Of a DNA stretch of 64,000 nucleotides, positions 19,052-29,041 are shown piece by piece; the stretch's first letter is position 1, and each line of letters opens with the position of its first letter. The DNA comes from Alphaproteobacteria bacterium (GTDB lineage Bacteria; Pseudomonadota; Alphaproteobacteria; Micropepsales; Micropepsaceae). Where the stretch lies: positions 2,178 through 66,177 of the forward strand of contig CANJIS010000009.1 of assembly GCA_947474565.1 (NCBI GenBank). The letters run 5' to 3'. The notes beneath the pieces were generated by a model that was not told the origin of the DNA, did no database searches, and saw only the letters and a program-made list of their open reading frames with translations. A program made the translations under genes and the position numbers.

Positions 19052-20238
19052 GGTACGGCGGCTTTCTGCGGTTCCAGCGCGGCGGCAGCCTGATGCATCA
19101 GGCTGACCCCTTCGCGGATTTCTGCTTCACTGATGGTGAGGGGCGGCAGCAGCCGCACCACATTGTCGCCCGCCGGCAAGACGATCAAGCCGGCGTCACG
19201 CGCCGCCTTGATAAAATCGCCGTTGGGAATTTTCATCTTCAAACCCAGCATCAGGCCCTGGCCGCGCACACTTTCGAAAATCGCCGGATGCTCGGAGACC
19301 AGGGCGCCCAGCTGCTGGCTGAAATAGTTCGCGACTTTGGCCACATGTTCGAGAAAGCCCTGTGACAGAACCATGTCGAGCGCGGCATTGCCCACCGCCA
19401 TGGCCAGGGGATTGCCGCCATAGGTGGTGCCGTGGGTGCCCGGTGTCATGCCCCGGGCGGCATCGGCGGTGGCCAGCAACGCGCCCAGCGGGAAGCCGCC
19501 GCCAATCGCCTTGGCGATGGCCATGATGTCGGGCGTGAAGCCAAGCCATTCATAAGCGAACAATTTCCCAGTGCGGCCGACGCCGGTCTGAATTTCGTCG
19601 AAGATCAGAAGAATGCCGTGGCTGTCGCAGATGGTGCGGAGCTGGCGCAGGAAATCGGCCGGCACCGGACGCACCCCGCCCTCGCCCTGCAAGGGTTCGA
19701 TCACCAGCGCGGCGGTGTTGGGACCAATCGCGTTGTTCAGCGCCGCCAGATCGCCAAGCGGCACCTGATCAAAGCCCTGAACCTTGGGGCCAAAGCCTTC
19801 GAGATATTTTTCATTTCCGCCCGCAGCGATGCCGGCCAGGGTACGGCCGTGGAAGGCGCCTTCAAAGCTGATGATCTGGAAGCGGTCGGGGCGGCCATTC
19901 ACGAAGTGGTAGCGGCGCGCCATCTTGAAGGCGAGCTCCATCGCCTCGGCGCCCGAGTTGGTGAAGAACACCGTGTCGGCAAAAGAATGCGCCACCAGTT
20001 TCTGCGCCAGCTTTTCCTGGCCCGGCACCCGGTAAAGGTTGGAGGTGTGCCAGAGCTTACCCGCCTGCTCGGTCAGGGCCGCGATCAGCTTGGGGTTGGC
20101 ATGGCCGAAAGCGTTGACGGCGATTCCCGCCCCGAAATCCAGGTAGCGCTTGCCATGCTCGTCAAACAGCCACGAGCCCTCACCCCGGACAAAGGCGACG
20201 TCCGTCCGGCTGTAGGTGGGAAGCAAAGCGGGAAACAC
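19048..20238 (-). CDS. argD: Acetylornithine aminotransferase
   Basis: [32 protein letters not shown]; GTG start at 20238 with ggag RBS. Confidence 0.93.
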   Translation of the reverse strand: MFPALLPTYSRTDVAFVRGEGSWLFDEHGKRYLDFGAGIAVNAFGHANPKLIAALTEQAGKLWHTSNLYRVPGQEKLAQKLVAHSFADTVFFTNSGAEAMELAFKMARRYHFVNGRPDRFQIISFEGAFHGRTLAGIAAGGNEKYLEGFGPKVQGFDQVPLGDLAALNNAIGPNTAALVIEPLQGEGGVRPVPADFLRQLRTICDSHGILLIFDEIQTGVGRTGKLFAYEWLGFTPDIMAIAKAIGGGFPLGALLATADAARGMTPGTHGTTYGGNPLAMAVGNAALDMVLSQGFLEHVAKVANYFSQQLGALVSEHPAIFESVRGQGLMLGLKMKIPNGDFIKAARDAGLIVLPAGDNVVRLLPPLTISEAEIREGVSLMHQAAAALEPQKAAVP

Positions 20239-20451
20239 GGCGAAAACTCCTGCAAACGCTTGGGAAGGGCTGCTTATCGGCCTTCCCGAGCGGCAAAACA
20301 AGATTCCGCCAGCGCAGAACAGCCCTGAGTGGGCCGCGACTCATGTTGTGGACAAGGGCTGGGGCACTCGCTCCAATGCTTGTGAGTTGCAGTGGGGGCA
20401 GTACGATATCTTGTAGCCCGAAGGTGGGCTTGGCGGGGTAAGGAGCTTTCC

Positions 20452-20907
20452 ATGAACCAGATGAACTGGTCGGACGACCGGGTGGAGCAACTCAAGACGC
20501 TTTGGACGGAAGGCCTTTCCGCCAGCCAGATCGCGCGCGCCCTGGGCGGCGTGACCCGCAATGCCGTCATCGGCAAGGTACACCGGTTGGGCCTGGCAGG
20601 CCGCGCCAGCCCCTCGCGGGCCGAGCGCCCCCGGGTCTCCCTGCCCAAGGTGCCGTCCATGCGCACCCATGTCCCGGCCATTCCGGTGGTGGAGGAGGAT
20701 CCGCTGACCCTGGATGACGGCAGCCACGCCACCGTGCTCACCATTTCCGACCGCATGTGCCGCTGGCCGATCGGCGACCCTGCGGCAACGGAATTCCATT
20801 TCTGCGGGCACTCGCCCAAATCCGGCTCGCCTTATTGCGAGGCGCATGCCCGCAAGGCCTACCAGCCGCAGCAGGCGCGCAAGGACAAAGGGCGCATGGT
20901 GGGGTGA
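20452..20907 (+). CDS. gcrA: Cell cycle regulator GcrA
   Basis: WSDDRVEQLKTLWTEGLSASQIA, TRNAVIGKVHRLGL, CRWPIGDP, YCEAHA. Confidence 0.96.
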   Translation: MNQMNWSDDRVEQLKTLWTEGLSASQIARALGGVTRNAVIGKVHRLGLAGRASPSRAERPRVSLPKVPSMRTHVPAIPVVEEDPLTLDDGSHATVLTISDRMCRWPIGDPAATEFHFCGHSPKSGSPYCEAHARKAYQPQQARKDKGRMVG

Positions 20908-21075
20908 AATGCGACCGGCTTCGCCGGTCAAATCGGTCCTGACGGACCGATTTGAGCATTTCACGCGCCGAGCACGGGCGAGGCGCCAGACCGCTGTTGA
21001 CGCAAGCACGCCTGTGTTCTCATGCTTCGACAGTCGCTAGCGACAGCGTAGTGCGACCAGCATGAGGAGTTGGCC

Positions 21076-21552
21076 ATGACGGTCTACGGTTATTCCGCGC
21101 TTCGTCTCGATGGTCATGAGGAGAGCTTATCCGCCTATCGCGGCCAGGTTCTGCTGATCGTCAACACCGCCAGCGCCTGCGGCTTCACCCCGCAATATGC
21201 CGGCTTGGAAGCGCTGTACCAGGATTTCCACGACCAAGGCCTGGCGGTGCTGGGATTTCCCTGCAACCAGTTCGGCGCTCAGGAGCCGGGCGCGGAGGCC
21301 GAGATCGGCGCTTTCTGCCAGAAAAATTACGGCGTGACGTTTCCCATATTCGCCAAGATCGACGTGAATGGCGAACATGCCCATCCGCTTTACAAATATC
21401 TGAAGGACGCCAAGCCGGGTTTGCTGGGCACCGAAGCCATCAAATGGAATTTTACCAAATTCCTGATCGGCCGCGACGGCGAACCCGTGGCGCGCTATGC
21501 GCCCCAGACCAAGCCGGAAGAGCTGGAAGCGCCGATCAGGAAGCTGCTTTAA
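21076..21552 (+). CDS. Glutathione peroxidase family protein (Cys type)
   Basis: VNTASACGFTPQY, GFPCNQFG, KWNFTKFL. Confidence 0.95.
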   Translation: MTVYGYSALRLDGHEESLSAYRGQVLLIVNTASACGFTPQYAGLEALYQDFHDQGLAVLGFPCNQFGAQEPGAEAEIGAFCQKNYGVTFPIFAKIDVNGEHAHPLYKYLKDAKPGLLGTEAIKWNFTKFLIGRDGEPVARYAPQTKPEELEAPIRKLL

Positions 21553-22246
21553 CCGCGACGCTCTCGTCCAGCGAATAACCGGCTGACCGCACGGTGCGAA
21601 TCGGATCGTTGACGCCTTCGATATTCAGCGCCTTGCGCAAGCGGCCGACATGGACGTCCACGGTGCGGGCTTCAACATAGACATCGCTGCCCCAGACCGC
21701 ATCCAGCAGCTGTTCGCGGGAGAAGACCCGGCCCGGATGCTGGATCAGATGGTCGAGCAGCTTGTATTCGGTGGGACCAAGATGGACTTCCACCCCGGCG
21801 CGGCGCACCCGGTGGGCGGCGCGGTCCATTTCAATATCGGCCACGGTGATGACGTCTTCCGCCAGGCTGGGACGGATGCGGCGCAGCACCGCGCGCAAAC
21901 GGGCCAGCAATTCGGTCATGGCGAAGGGCTTGGTCATGTAATCATCGGCGCCGGTGTCCAACCCGCGAATACGGTCGCCTTCTTCGCCGCGCGCCGTCAG
22001 CATGATGATGGGGACGTTGCGGGTTTCCTGGCGGCCACGCAGGCGGCGGCAGACCTCGATGCCGGAAAGCTGCGGCAGCATCCAGTCGAGCAGGACCAGA
22101 TCGGGCTTTTCTTCCGAGGCGACCAGAAGGGCTTCTTCGCCATCCTGGGCTTCCAGAACCCGGTAGCCTTCGCGTTCCAGATTGTAATGCAGCAGGGTGA
22201 TCAGGGCGCCGTCATCTTCGGCAACAAGAACGGTGGGCTTGCTCAT
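21536..22246 (-). CDS. phoB: Phosphate regulon response regulator
   Basis: LLDWMLP, GADDYMTKPF, HLGPTEY, RTVDVHVGRLRK; follows phoU. Confidence 0.95.
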   Translation of the reverse strand: MSKPTVLVAEDDGALITLLHYNLEREGYRVLEAQDGEEALLVASEEKPDLVLLDWMLPQLSGIEVCRRLRGRQETRNVPIIMLTARGEEGDRIRGLDTGADDYMTKPFAMTELLARLRAVLRRIRPSLAEDVITVADIEMDRAAHRVRRAGVEVHLGPTEYKLLDHLIQHPGRVFSREQLLDAVWGSDVYVEARTVDVHVGRLRKALNIEGVNDPIRTVRSAGYSLDESVAVKAAS

Positions 22247-22959
22247 CGGCGGGCCTCGAAGGGAACGGACGTTTCGCTGGTGGTGTCGGCCTTGGGACGG
22301 TTCGGCGCAAGATGGCCGGCGCTGACCATGTGATAGACCACTTCAGCGATGTTGGTGGCGTGATCGCCGCTGCGTTCAATATTCTTGGCGATGAAAAGAA
22401 GATGTGTGCACAGGCCGATGGTGCGCGGATCTTCCATCATGTATGTGAGAAGTTCGCGGAACAGGCTGTTGTAGATTTCGTCGATTTCGCCGTCCTGTTT
22501 CCACACCGTTTCCGCCAAGGCGGCATCGCGATTGGAATAAGCGTCCAGCACCTGCTTGAGCTGGCTGAGCGCCGCGCGGCCCATGCGGGCCAGCGATTGC
22601 GTAAGACGAATGGGCGGTTCGCGATTGAGCACAAGCGCCCGCTTGGCGATGTTCTTGGCAAGATCACCGATGCGTTCCAGCTCGGCCGCGATCTTGATCG
22701 CCGCCAGCGTGTCGCGCAGATCGACCGCCATGGGCTGACGCAGCGCCAGCAACTTCATGGCGCGGTCTTCAATCTCGCCTTCCATGGCGTCGATGCGGGC
22801 GTCGCCACCCACGGCGCTTTCCGCCGCCTGGCTGTCGCGGCGGGCAACAGCTTCAATCGCCGCCGCGAATTGCGCTTCCGCCAGGCCGCCCATCTGGGCA
22901 ACCAGCGCGGACAGCGTTTCCAGCTGTTCGGTGAAAGACTTGACGGTGTGCTCGGACAT
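22243..22959 (-). CDS. phoU: Phosphate signalling protein PhoU
   Basis: HTVKSF, LALRQPMAVDLR, ELERIGDLAKNIA, KNIERSGDHATNIAE. Confidence 0.96.
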   Translation of the reverse strand: MSEHTVKSFTEQLETLSALVAQMGGLAEAQFAAAIEAVARRDSQAAESAVGGDARIDAMEGEIEDRAMKLLALRQPMAVDLRDTLAAIKIAAELERIGDLAKNIAKRALVLNREPPIRLTQSLARMGRAALSQLKQVLDAYSNRDAALAETVWKQDGEIDEIYNSLFRELLTYMMEDPRTIGLCTHLLFIAKNIERSGDHATNIAEVVYHMVSAGHLAPNRPKADTTSETSVPFEARR

Positions 22960-23010
22960 CCCGACTCGGTGCTGCAATGGCTCTATCGGCATATGGGTCT
23001 TCCGCCAACT

Positions 23011-23043
23011 CTATGCGACAGTTTTATAACACTTCTGTGACAA
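23011..23043 (-). promoter_or_regulatory. Pho box: three 11-bp repeats upstream of phoU-phoB
   Basis: Minus strand TTGTCACAGAA-GTGTTATAAAA-CTGTCGCATAG versus consensus CTGTCATAAAA. Confidence 0.75.
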
Positions 23044-23077
23044 CGCCCAGAGCGGCAGCGGAAAAACCAGGCGTAGC

Positions 23078-24310
23078 CTAGTTTTTTGTGTCGTTTTCCG
23101 AAGGCGCAGGGGGCAGCAAAACTGTAAAACTCGAGCCCTCGCCCAACCGGCTTTCGATCTGCAGCCGGCCCTGATGGCGACTGATGATGTGCTTGACGAT
23201 GGCGAGCCCAAGGCCGGTGCCGCCCTTTTCCCGAGAGCGTTTCACATCCACCCGGTAAAAACGCTCGGTCAGGCGCGGCACGGCGCTGGAGGCAATGCCT
23301 TCGCCATCATCTTTCACCGTGGCAAAAATCTGATCATCCGCGGTCTGGCCGCAGCTGATCCAGATGTGACCGGCCTCGCGGCCATATTTGATGGCGTTGT
23401 GAATCAGGTTCTGGAACAGCTGCACCAGCTCGTCACGATCGCCGATCACTGGCGGCAGATTGGGCGGGGTGGAAATCTCGAGTGTGATGCGATCATTTCT
23501 GGTCAGCGGCGAAAGCGCTGCCGCGGCTTCGCGCACGACTTGATCGAGCTGGATGCGCTTATACGGCGGCACATGCTCGTTCATTTCGATGCGGGTGAGC
23601 GAAAGAAGATCATCGATCAGCCTGCGCATGCGGGCCGATTCGACGCTCATGATGCCGAGGAATTTCTCGCGCGCCACTTCGTCATCCTTGGCATGGCCGC
23701 GCAATGTGTCGATAAAACCGGACACCGCCGCCAGGGGCGTGCGCAATTCATGACTGGCATTGGCAATGAAATCCGCCCGCATCTGCTCGCTGCGGCGGAT
23801 GGCGGTAAGATCGTGGAGCATCAGCACTGTGGCGGGCGGATTGTCGCCGACGCGCACGACATAGGCTTCGTAATGCCGCTCGATCGGCACCGGCAGGGTG
23901 AACTGGACCGTGGCGGGTTCGCCGTCATCGGCGGTCTGATCTATGGCGGTGAGCACCGCCGGATTGCGCAGCACGGCGCTGACATGCCGGCCTTCGGCAT
24001 CGGCGCCGACCAGAGGACGCATCGCGCTGTTGACGAGGATCACCCGCTTGGATTCATCCAGCAGCAGCACCGGCGCGGGCAATTGTTCGATCACGCCCCG
24101 CACCAGGGGCGAAAGCGGCTGCGGATCTTCCGGCCTCGCCGAGGCGGGCGAGGTTTCTGGCTGGCCCAGAAAAATCACCGCCGCAATCGTCAGGCCGATC
24201 ACCAGCGCCAAGGCGAGCGGACCGAACAGCAGCGCCACCACGCCGGCCACCGCCATGCCCGCTGCCAGCGGCCATGCCCGGCCGTGGAAAAAGACTTTTA
24301 AAGCGGCCAT
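23078..24310 (-). CDS. phoR: Phosphate regulon sensor kinase
   Basis: DFIANASHELRTPL, NLIHNAIKY, RLTERFYRVD, GGTGLGLAIVKHI. Confidence 0.92.
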   Translation of the reverse strand: MAALKVFFHGRAWPLAAGMAVAGVVALLFGPLALALVIGLTIAAVIFLGQPETSPASARPEDPQPLSPLVRGVIEQLPAPVLLLDESKRVILVNSAMRPLVGADAEGRHVSAVLRNPAVLTAIDQTADDGEPATVQFTLPVPIERHYEAYVVRVGDNPPATVLMLHDLTAIRRSEQMRADFIANASHELRTPLAAVSGFIDTLRGHAKDDEVAREKFLGIMSVESARMRRLIDDLLSLTRIEMNEHVPPYKRIQLDQVVREAAAALSPLTRNDRITLEISTPPNLPPVIGDRDELVQLFQNLIHNAIKYGREAGHIWISCGQTADDQIFATVKDDGEGIASSAVPRLTERFYRVDVKRSREKGGTGLGLAIVKHIISRHQGRLQIESRLGEGSSFTVLLPPAPSENDTKN

Positions 24311-24413
24311 GATTCTTGCCGATCCTCCGGACCCATCTTAACGCGCTTTGCGACTTATTTTTGAAGGGTTTCGCCAGGCTGACCGTCAGAAGGTCAACGG
24401 GACGATAATCGGG

Positions 24414-24836
24414 TCAATCCGAAAAATTCTTGGACCGGTCCCGTTTGCGGGCGCCTCGCTGCTTTTTGGCATCCAGACGCTGCCGCTTGCTGGAGCGGGG
24501 GATCTTGGTGGCATGGCGGGGTTTGGGCGGTGTTGCGGCCTTGGCGATCATCTCAGCCAGGCGCACCCGGGCATCGGCGCGGTTCAGCTCCTGCTCACGA
24601 AAGCGCCGGGCGCTGACCGTCAGAATGCCGTCCTTGCTGAGCGGCAAGGCGCGGGCAACCAGCGTTTTGACCGCCTCCGGCAAGCTGGGCGACTGAAGCA
24701 CGTCGAAGCTCAGCTGTACCGCGCTGGCCACCTTGTTGACGTTCTGGCCCCCAGGCCCCGAGGCATGAATAAAGCGCTCGGACAATTCCTGGGCCGGGAT
24801 CACCAGTCCAGGCTTGATGAAAAGAGCTTCCGGCAC
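24414..24836 (-). CDS. arfB: Alternative ribosome rescue aminoacyl-tRNA hydrolase
   Basis: ASGPGGQNVNKV, basic C-terminal tail; GTG start. Confidence 0.93.
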   Translation of the reverse strand: MPEALFIKPGLVIPAQELSERFIHASGPGGQNVNKVASAVQLSFDVLQSPSLPEAVKTLVARALPLSKDGILTVSARRFREQELNRADARVRLAEMIAKAATPPKPRHATKIPRSSKRQRLDAKKQRGARKRDRSKNFSD

Positions 24837-24906
24837 GTCAGCTTTCCTTTGGCCGCTTCGCGGAAAGGCAGTATAGCCAATCGGAATTGTCCCGCGAAAG
24901 AATGCG

Positions 24907-26130
24907 ATGCCGCACGGCTTTGCTCCAGACCGGCTCACCCGCGTCAGCGACGCGATAAAAGCCCATTATGTCGACAGCGGGCTTATCCCCGGCGCCCTGA
25001 CCCTGATCTGGCGCAAAGGCGAAACCGCGCATCTGGGCCTAAGTGGCGTCAGCGACCTGGAACGCAAGACTTTGATGCGAGAGGACACGATCTTCCGCAT
25101 CTATTCCATGACCAAGCCGATCACCAGCGTGGCGCTGCTGATGCTGATGGAAGACGGCAAAGTGGCGCTGGACGATTTCGTGCATCGCTATATTCCCGGC
25201 TTTGAACATTTGCGCGTTTTCGCAGGCGGCAGCCTGGATAGCGGCTTCCTGAGCGGGCCCGCAGCAAAACCGATGAAGGTGGTCGACCTTCTGCGCCACA
25301 CCTCCGGTCTCGCCTATGGCATTCTGGCCCGCACCAATCTGGATGCGGCGTACGCCAAGCTGAAGATCGCGGAAGCGGGCAGTGTGGGCGGCTTGCCGGC
25401 GATGATCGCGCAGCTGGAGCAATTGCCTCTGGAATTTTCGCCTGGCACGGCCTGGAATTATTCCGTTGCCACCGATGTGGTGGGCTATCTGGTAGAAAAA
25501 ATTTCCGGCCAAAGCTTCGGCGCGTTTTTGCGCGAACGCATCCTGACGCCGCTGGGCATGCACGACACCGATTTCCATGTGCCGGCAGAAAAACAGGCGC
25601 GGCTGGCAAGCTGCTATTACGCCAAGGCCGGCAAGCTGATGCTTTATGATGCCGGCCAAAAATCCATCTATGCCACGCCGCCGGCGCTGGAATCGGGCGG
25701 CGGCGGCCTGGCGGGAACGGCGGGCGACTACTTGCGCTTCTGCCGCATGATGCTGGGCGGCGGGGCCTTGGATGGCTTACGGTTGCTCAGTCCCAAGACC
25801 GTAGAACTGATGACCATGAATCATTTGCCCGGCGGCAAAGAAATGACCGAGCTGATGCCGTCCACCGCCGCTTTCAATGAGAGCGGCTATTCCGGCGTGG
25901 GATTCGGACTGGGTGTGGCCGTCACCACCAATCTGGCCCGTGCCGCCCTGCCCGGCACGGTCGGGGAGTATTCCTGGGGCGGCGCGGCAGCGACCTATTT
26001 CTTCTGCGATCCCAAAGAAGATATGGCCGTGGTGTTCATGACCCAGGTTCTGAGCATGCCCGACCGGGTGCGGCTGCGGCGCGAACTTCGCACGCTGGTA
26101 TATGGCGCAATGACAGAAAGCTTTGCCTGA
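24907..26130 (+). CDS. Serine hydrolase, beta-lactamase/esterase family
   Basis: IYSMTK (SxxK), LLRHTSG, WNYS, YSWGG. Confidence 0.9.
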   Translation: MPHGFAPDRLTRVSDAIKAHYVDSGLIPGALTLIWRKGETAHLGLSGVSDLERKTLMREDTIFRIYSMTKPITSVALLMLMEDGKVALDDFVHRYIPGFEHLRVFAGGSLDSGFLSGPAAKPMKVVDLLRHTSGLAYGILARTNLDAAYAKLKIAEAGSVGGLPAMIAQLEQLPLEFSPGTAWNYSVATDVVGYLVEKISGQSFGAFLRERILTPLGMHDTDFHVPAEKQARLASCYYAKAGKLMLYDAGQKSIYATPPALESGGGGLAGTAGDYLRFCRMMLGGGALDGLRLLSPKTVELMTMNHLPGGKEMTELMPSTAAFNESGYSGVGFGLGVAVTTNLARAALPGTVGEYSWGGAAATYFFCDPKEDMAVVFMTQVLSMPDRVRLRRELRTLVYGAMTESFA

Positions 26131-27014
26131 TGCTGGAGCCGTTCGATATTGATAGCTGGACCGGACCCTTCGCGCCCGAAACGCGCGCGCGGGCGCAGGC
26201 CGCGCTGGAAAGCGGCGCGGTGCTGTTTTTTCCGCGGATGCCCTTCCGCCTGGGAAACAGCGAGACGGAATTCCTGGATGCGCGGCTGACCGACGGCAAG
26301 GCCAAGAATATCAGCCTGGATTGGTCCCGGGGGAAATTGCAGGGCACGTCGGCCAGCGGCGAAAAAGCAGAGCGGCTGGCGGCGATGATCGAGCGCTTCG
26401 GCGCGGGCGCCACGCGTTTTGTCACCGATCTTCTTCCCAATTATTCAGGTGTTGAACGGGCACGCACCAGCTACCGGCCCGTGGAAGTGGAAGGCCGCGC
26501 CTATTCGCGGATCAAGGACGACCGGCTGCTGCATGTCGATGCCTTTCCGTCGCGGCCGATGGGCGATGGCAAACGTATCCTGCGTTTCTTCGCCAATGTG
26601 GCGCCTCCCAAAGCCAAGGGCGGCGGCGCGCGACGCTGGCATGTGGGCGAGCCATTCGAGAATTTCGCGCAGAAATTTACGCCGCGGGTGCGGCCGCATT
26701 TTCCGGGCCAGAGCTGGCTGTTCGGCAAGCTGGGCGTCACCCATGGCCAGCGCAGCGCCTATGACGAGATGATGCTGTCGCTGCATGACGCGGCCAAACG
26801 GGATGCGGAGTATCAGAAACATGCGCCGCACAGTGCGGTGGAGTTTCCGCCGGGCTCCTGCTGGCTGGTTTATACCGACATGGTGTTGCACGCGGCGCTG
26901 GCGGGCGAATTTGCCCTGGAACAGACCTTCCATTTCGATGTCGCGAAGATGGGCGAGCCCGACAAGGCCCCCATCAAAGTGCTGGAAAGATTGACCGGAA
27001 AGACGCTCGCTTAA
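26130..27014 (+). CDS. kdoO: Kdo hydroxylase family protein (Fe/2-oxoglutarate dioxygenase)
   Basis: KNIS, DDRLLHVDAFPSRP, RILRFFANV, WHVGEPFE, YTDMVLHAALAG. Confidence 0.8.
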   Translation: MLEPFDIDSWTGPFAPETRARAQAALESGAVLFFPRMPFRLGNSETEFLDARLTDGKAKNISLDWSRGKLQGTSASGEKAERLAAMIERFGAGATRFVTDLLPNYSGVERARTSYRPVEVEGRAYSRIKDDRLLHVDAFPSRPMGDGKRILRFFANVAPPKAKGGGARRWHVGEPFENFAQKFTPRVRPHFPGQSWLFGKLGVTHGQRSAYDEMMLSLHDAAKRDAEYQKHAPHSAVEFPPGSCWLVYTDMVLHAALAGEFALEQTFHFDVAKMGEPDKAPIKVLERLTGKTLA

Positions 27015-27841
27015 ACTGCGGCGCTGAGGCGCGGCTGGGCCGTCTTTACGCGCGTATAAATTCCATTGCCCGACAGAGACTGGAACAGGCGTTTGGGCGG
27101 AGCCTCGGCATCGCCCAGGCACAACACGCCTTCCGGCGCCAGAACATCGGCCATGCGCTCCAGAATAGACGTCTGCGTGGCGCCGTCGAAATAGATCAAC
27201 GCATTGCGGCACAGCACCAGATCGATGTCATCCAGCCAGCCATAGGAATCGAGCAGGTTGAATCGGCGGAACGTGACGGTGCGGCGGATATTGTCGGTGA
27301 CCGCATGGCCGGATTCATCGGCTTTGAACCACACCGTCAGATGCGCCTCGCTGAGACCGCGCTGGGTTTCGTAGAAATTGTAATGACCGCGTTCGGCGCG
27401 GGCGAGCGCTTCCCCGGAAAGATCGGTGGCCAGAAAATCTATGGTCCAGCCTTCAGAAGCGAGGCCGATACTATCCAGAATCATGGCCACCGAATAAACC
27501 TCCTGCCCTGTGGCGCAGGCCGCCGACCAGATGCGCAGGCGTTTTTCGGTTTTGCGGGCCTCCATCAACGCCGGAATGATGTCATCACCCAGGCGGCGGA
27601 AAAAATCAGCGCCGCGGAAAAAACTCGTTTCACCCACCGTCATGGCTTCGGTGACGGCGGCGGCGAGCGGTTCAGAGCCCAGGCGCAAGGCGCGCATCAC
27701 CTGGGAAAGATCCTTGAAGCCGAAGCGATGCATTGCCGGGGCGAGACGGCGCTCGATCAAAGCGCGGCGGCTTTCGGTCAGCACAATGCCGGAGCGCCGG
27801 TGCACCAGGCGCGCCAGAAAAGTGAAGTCGGCGGGGAGCAT
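27011..27841 (-). CDS. cheR: Chemotaxis protein methyltransferase
   Basis: ETSFFR, RIWSAACATGQEVYS, LCRNALIYFD. Confidence 0.9.
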   Translation of the reverse strand: MLPADFTFLARLVHRRSGIVLTESRRALIERRLAPAMHRFGFKDLSQVMRALRLGSEPLAAAVTEAMTVGETSFFRGADFFRRLGDDIIPALMEARKTEKRLRIWSAACATGQEVYSVAMILDSIGLASEGWTIDFLATDLSGEALARAERGHYNFYETQRGLSEAHLTVWFKADESGHAVTDNIRRTVTFRRFNLLDSYGWLDDIDLVLCRNALIYFDGATQTSILERMADVLAPEGVLCLGDAEAPPKRLFQSLSGNGIYTRVKTAQPRLSAAV

Positions 27842-27842
27842 G

Positions 27843-28241
27843 CTAGACGGCCGCGCTTGCCAGCGGAGGCACGGCCTGATGCGGACGAAGCTCGGCCAGC
27901 TTGGCAGCCAGGGTTTCGCGGTCAAATGGCTTCATCAGATAATCGTCAATGCCGGCCGCCACCGCATGGGATATTTCTGTCGCGTCAATTTCGGTGGTGC
28001 TGATCAGGATGATCGGGCGGCCGCCTTCGGGCTGGGCGCGCAGCGAGCGCACCAGATCCACGCCGGTCATGCCGGGCATGCACCAATCCAGCAGGATCAG
28101 GTCGGGCATCTTTTCGCGGCAGGCGCGCAGGGCTGACATTCCGTCTTCGGCCTCCCCGGCGACGAAATGCAATTCCTCAAAAATACGGCGCGCGACGGTA
28201 CGCATCACGCGGCTGTCGTCCACGACCAAACAGTGCGCCAT
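27843..28241 (-). CDS. cheY: Single-domain response regulator, CheY-like
   Basis: CLVVDDS, LLDWCMP, TTE, YLMKPFD. Confidence 0.85.
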   Translation of the reverse strand: MAHCLVVDDSRVMRTVARRIFEELHFVAGEAEDGMSALRACREKMPDLILLDWCMPGMTGVDLVRSLRAQPEGGRPIILISTTEIDATEISHAVAAGIDDYLMKPFDRETLAAKLAELRPHQAVPPLASAAV

Positions 28242-28359
28242 CGGAAGAATATGTCCCGTCAAAGGTGGGCCAGCCCCACCCGTCACAATCAAGGCATTCA
28301 GCGCCGGAAGGGCGCCAAACCGCACAAAGATTACAGGGTTGAAGATAAACGGACGCTTA

Positions 28360-28980
28360 TCAGCCCGCTTTCAATTCCACCACGCCTTCGTTCAAAGCGA
28401 TGGAAAGTCCGGCATTTACGGTGCGGGAGAGCCGGTGGGTGAGGAAGGGCTGGATGGCGCGGGCGTCCAGCGCCCCCGGCTGGGCTTCGCCGCGGATGGA
28501 TTTCTCCACCTCTTCCGTCACCCGGGCATTCATGCCGCTGGCGGTGATCGTGAAGGAGGGGAGTTGCGGATCGCTGCCGGCATTCACCGTAACCAGGCCG
28601 CCGCGCGGCAGGCAATCCGCGCCGATCAGCGTGGCGTTCATCAGAAGCTTGGCCCAGTCTTTGGCCCAATAAACATGGGGCACATTCCATTCCAGTTTGA
28701 CTTTGCCGCCTTCCAGAAGGCCGGTTACCAGCCGCCCCACTTCGCCCAGGTCCAGTTCGGCACCCGCCGAACCGGCGGCGCCGAAAGCAATGCGCATGAA
28801 TTGAATGCGGGCCAGGGCCTGATTGGCGCTGGAGGTGACTAGCCGGAGCGCGTCTTCGCGCATCTGCGCATCACGCTCGTCCTCCAGGACCTCCAACCCG
28901 TTGATCACGGCCCCCAAAGGGCCCACAAGGTCATGGCAGACCCGGCTCACCATCAGGGCGGAGAATTCAATCTCGGTCAT
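28360..28980 (-). CDS. chpT: Histidine phosphotransferase ChpT
   Basis: SRVCHDLVGPLGAVINGLE, RIAFGAAGS, KLLMNA, PRGG. Confidence 0.93.
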   Translation of the reverse strand: MTEIEFSALMVSRVCHDLVGPLGAVINGLEVLEDERDAQMREDALRLVTSSANQALARIQFMRIAFGAAGSAGAELDLGEVGRLVTGLLEGGKVKLEWNVPHVYWAKDWAKLLMNATLIGADCLPRGGLVTVNAGSDPQLPSFTITASGMNARVTEEVEKSIRGEAQPGALDARAIQPFLTHRLSRTVNAGLSIALNEGVVELKAG

Positions 28981-29025
28981 GCACTTTTTCCAGCGTTAGG
29001 ATTTGGTAAACAAGCCTATCGCGTC

Positions 29026-29040
29026 TTAAGGAATTCTTAA
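29026..29040. promoter_or_regulatory. CtrA-type box between chpT and cysQ
   Basis: TTAA-ggaattc-TTAA (TTAA-N7-TTAA). Confidence 0.6.
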
Positions 29041-29041
29041 T

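Noticed and set aside
21070-21552. Selenoprotein glutathione peroxidase
   Set aside because: The active-site codon is TGC (Cys), with no in-frame TGA.
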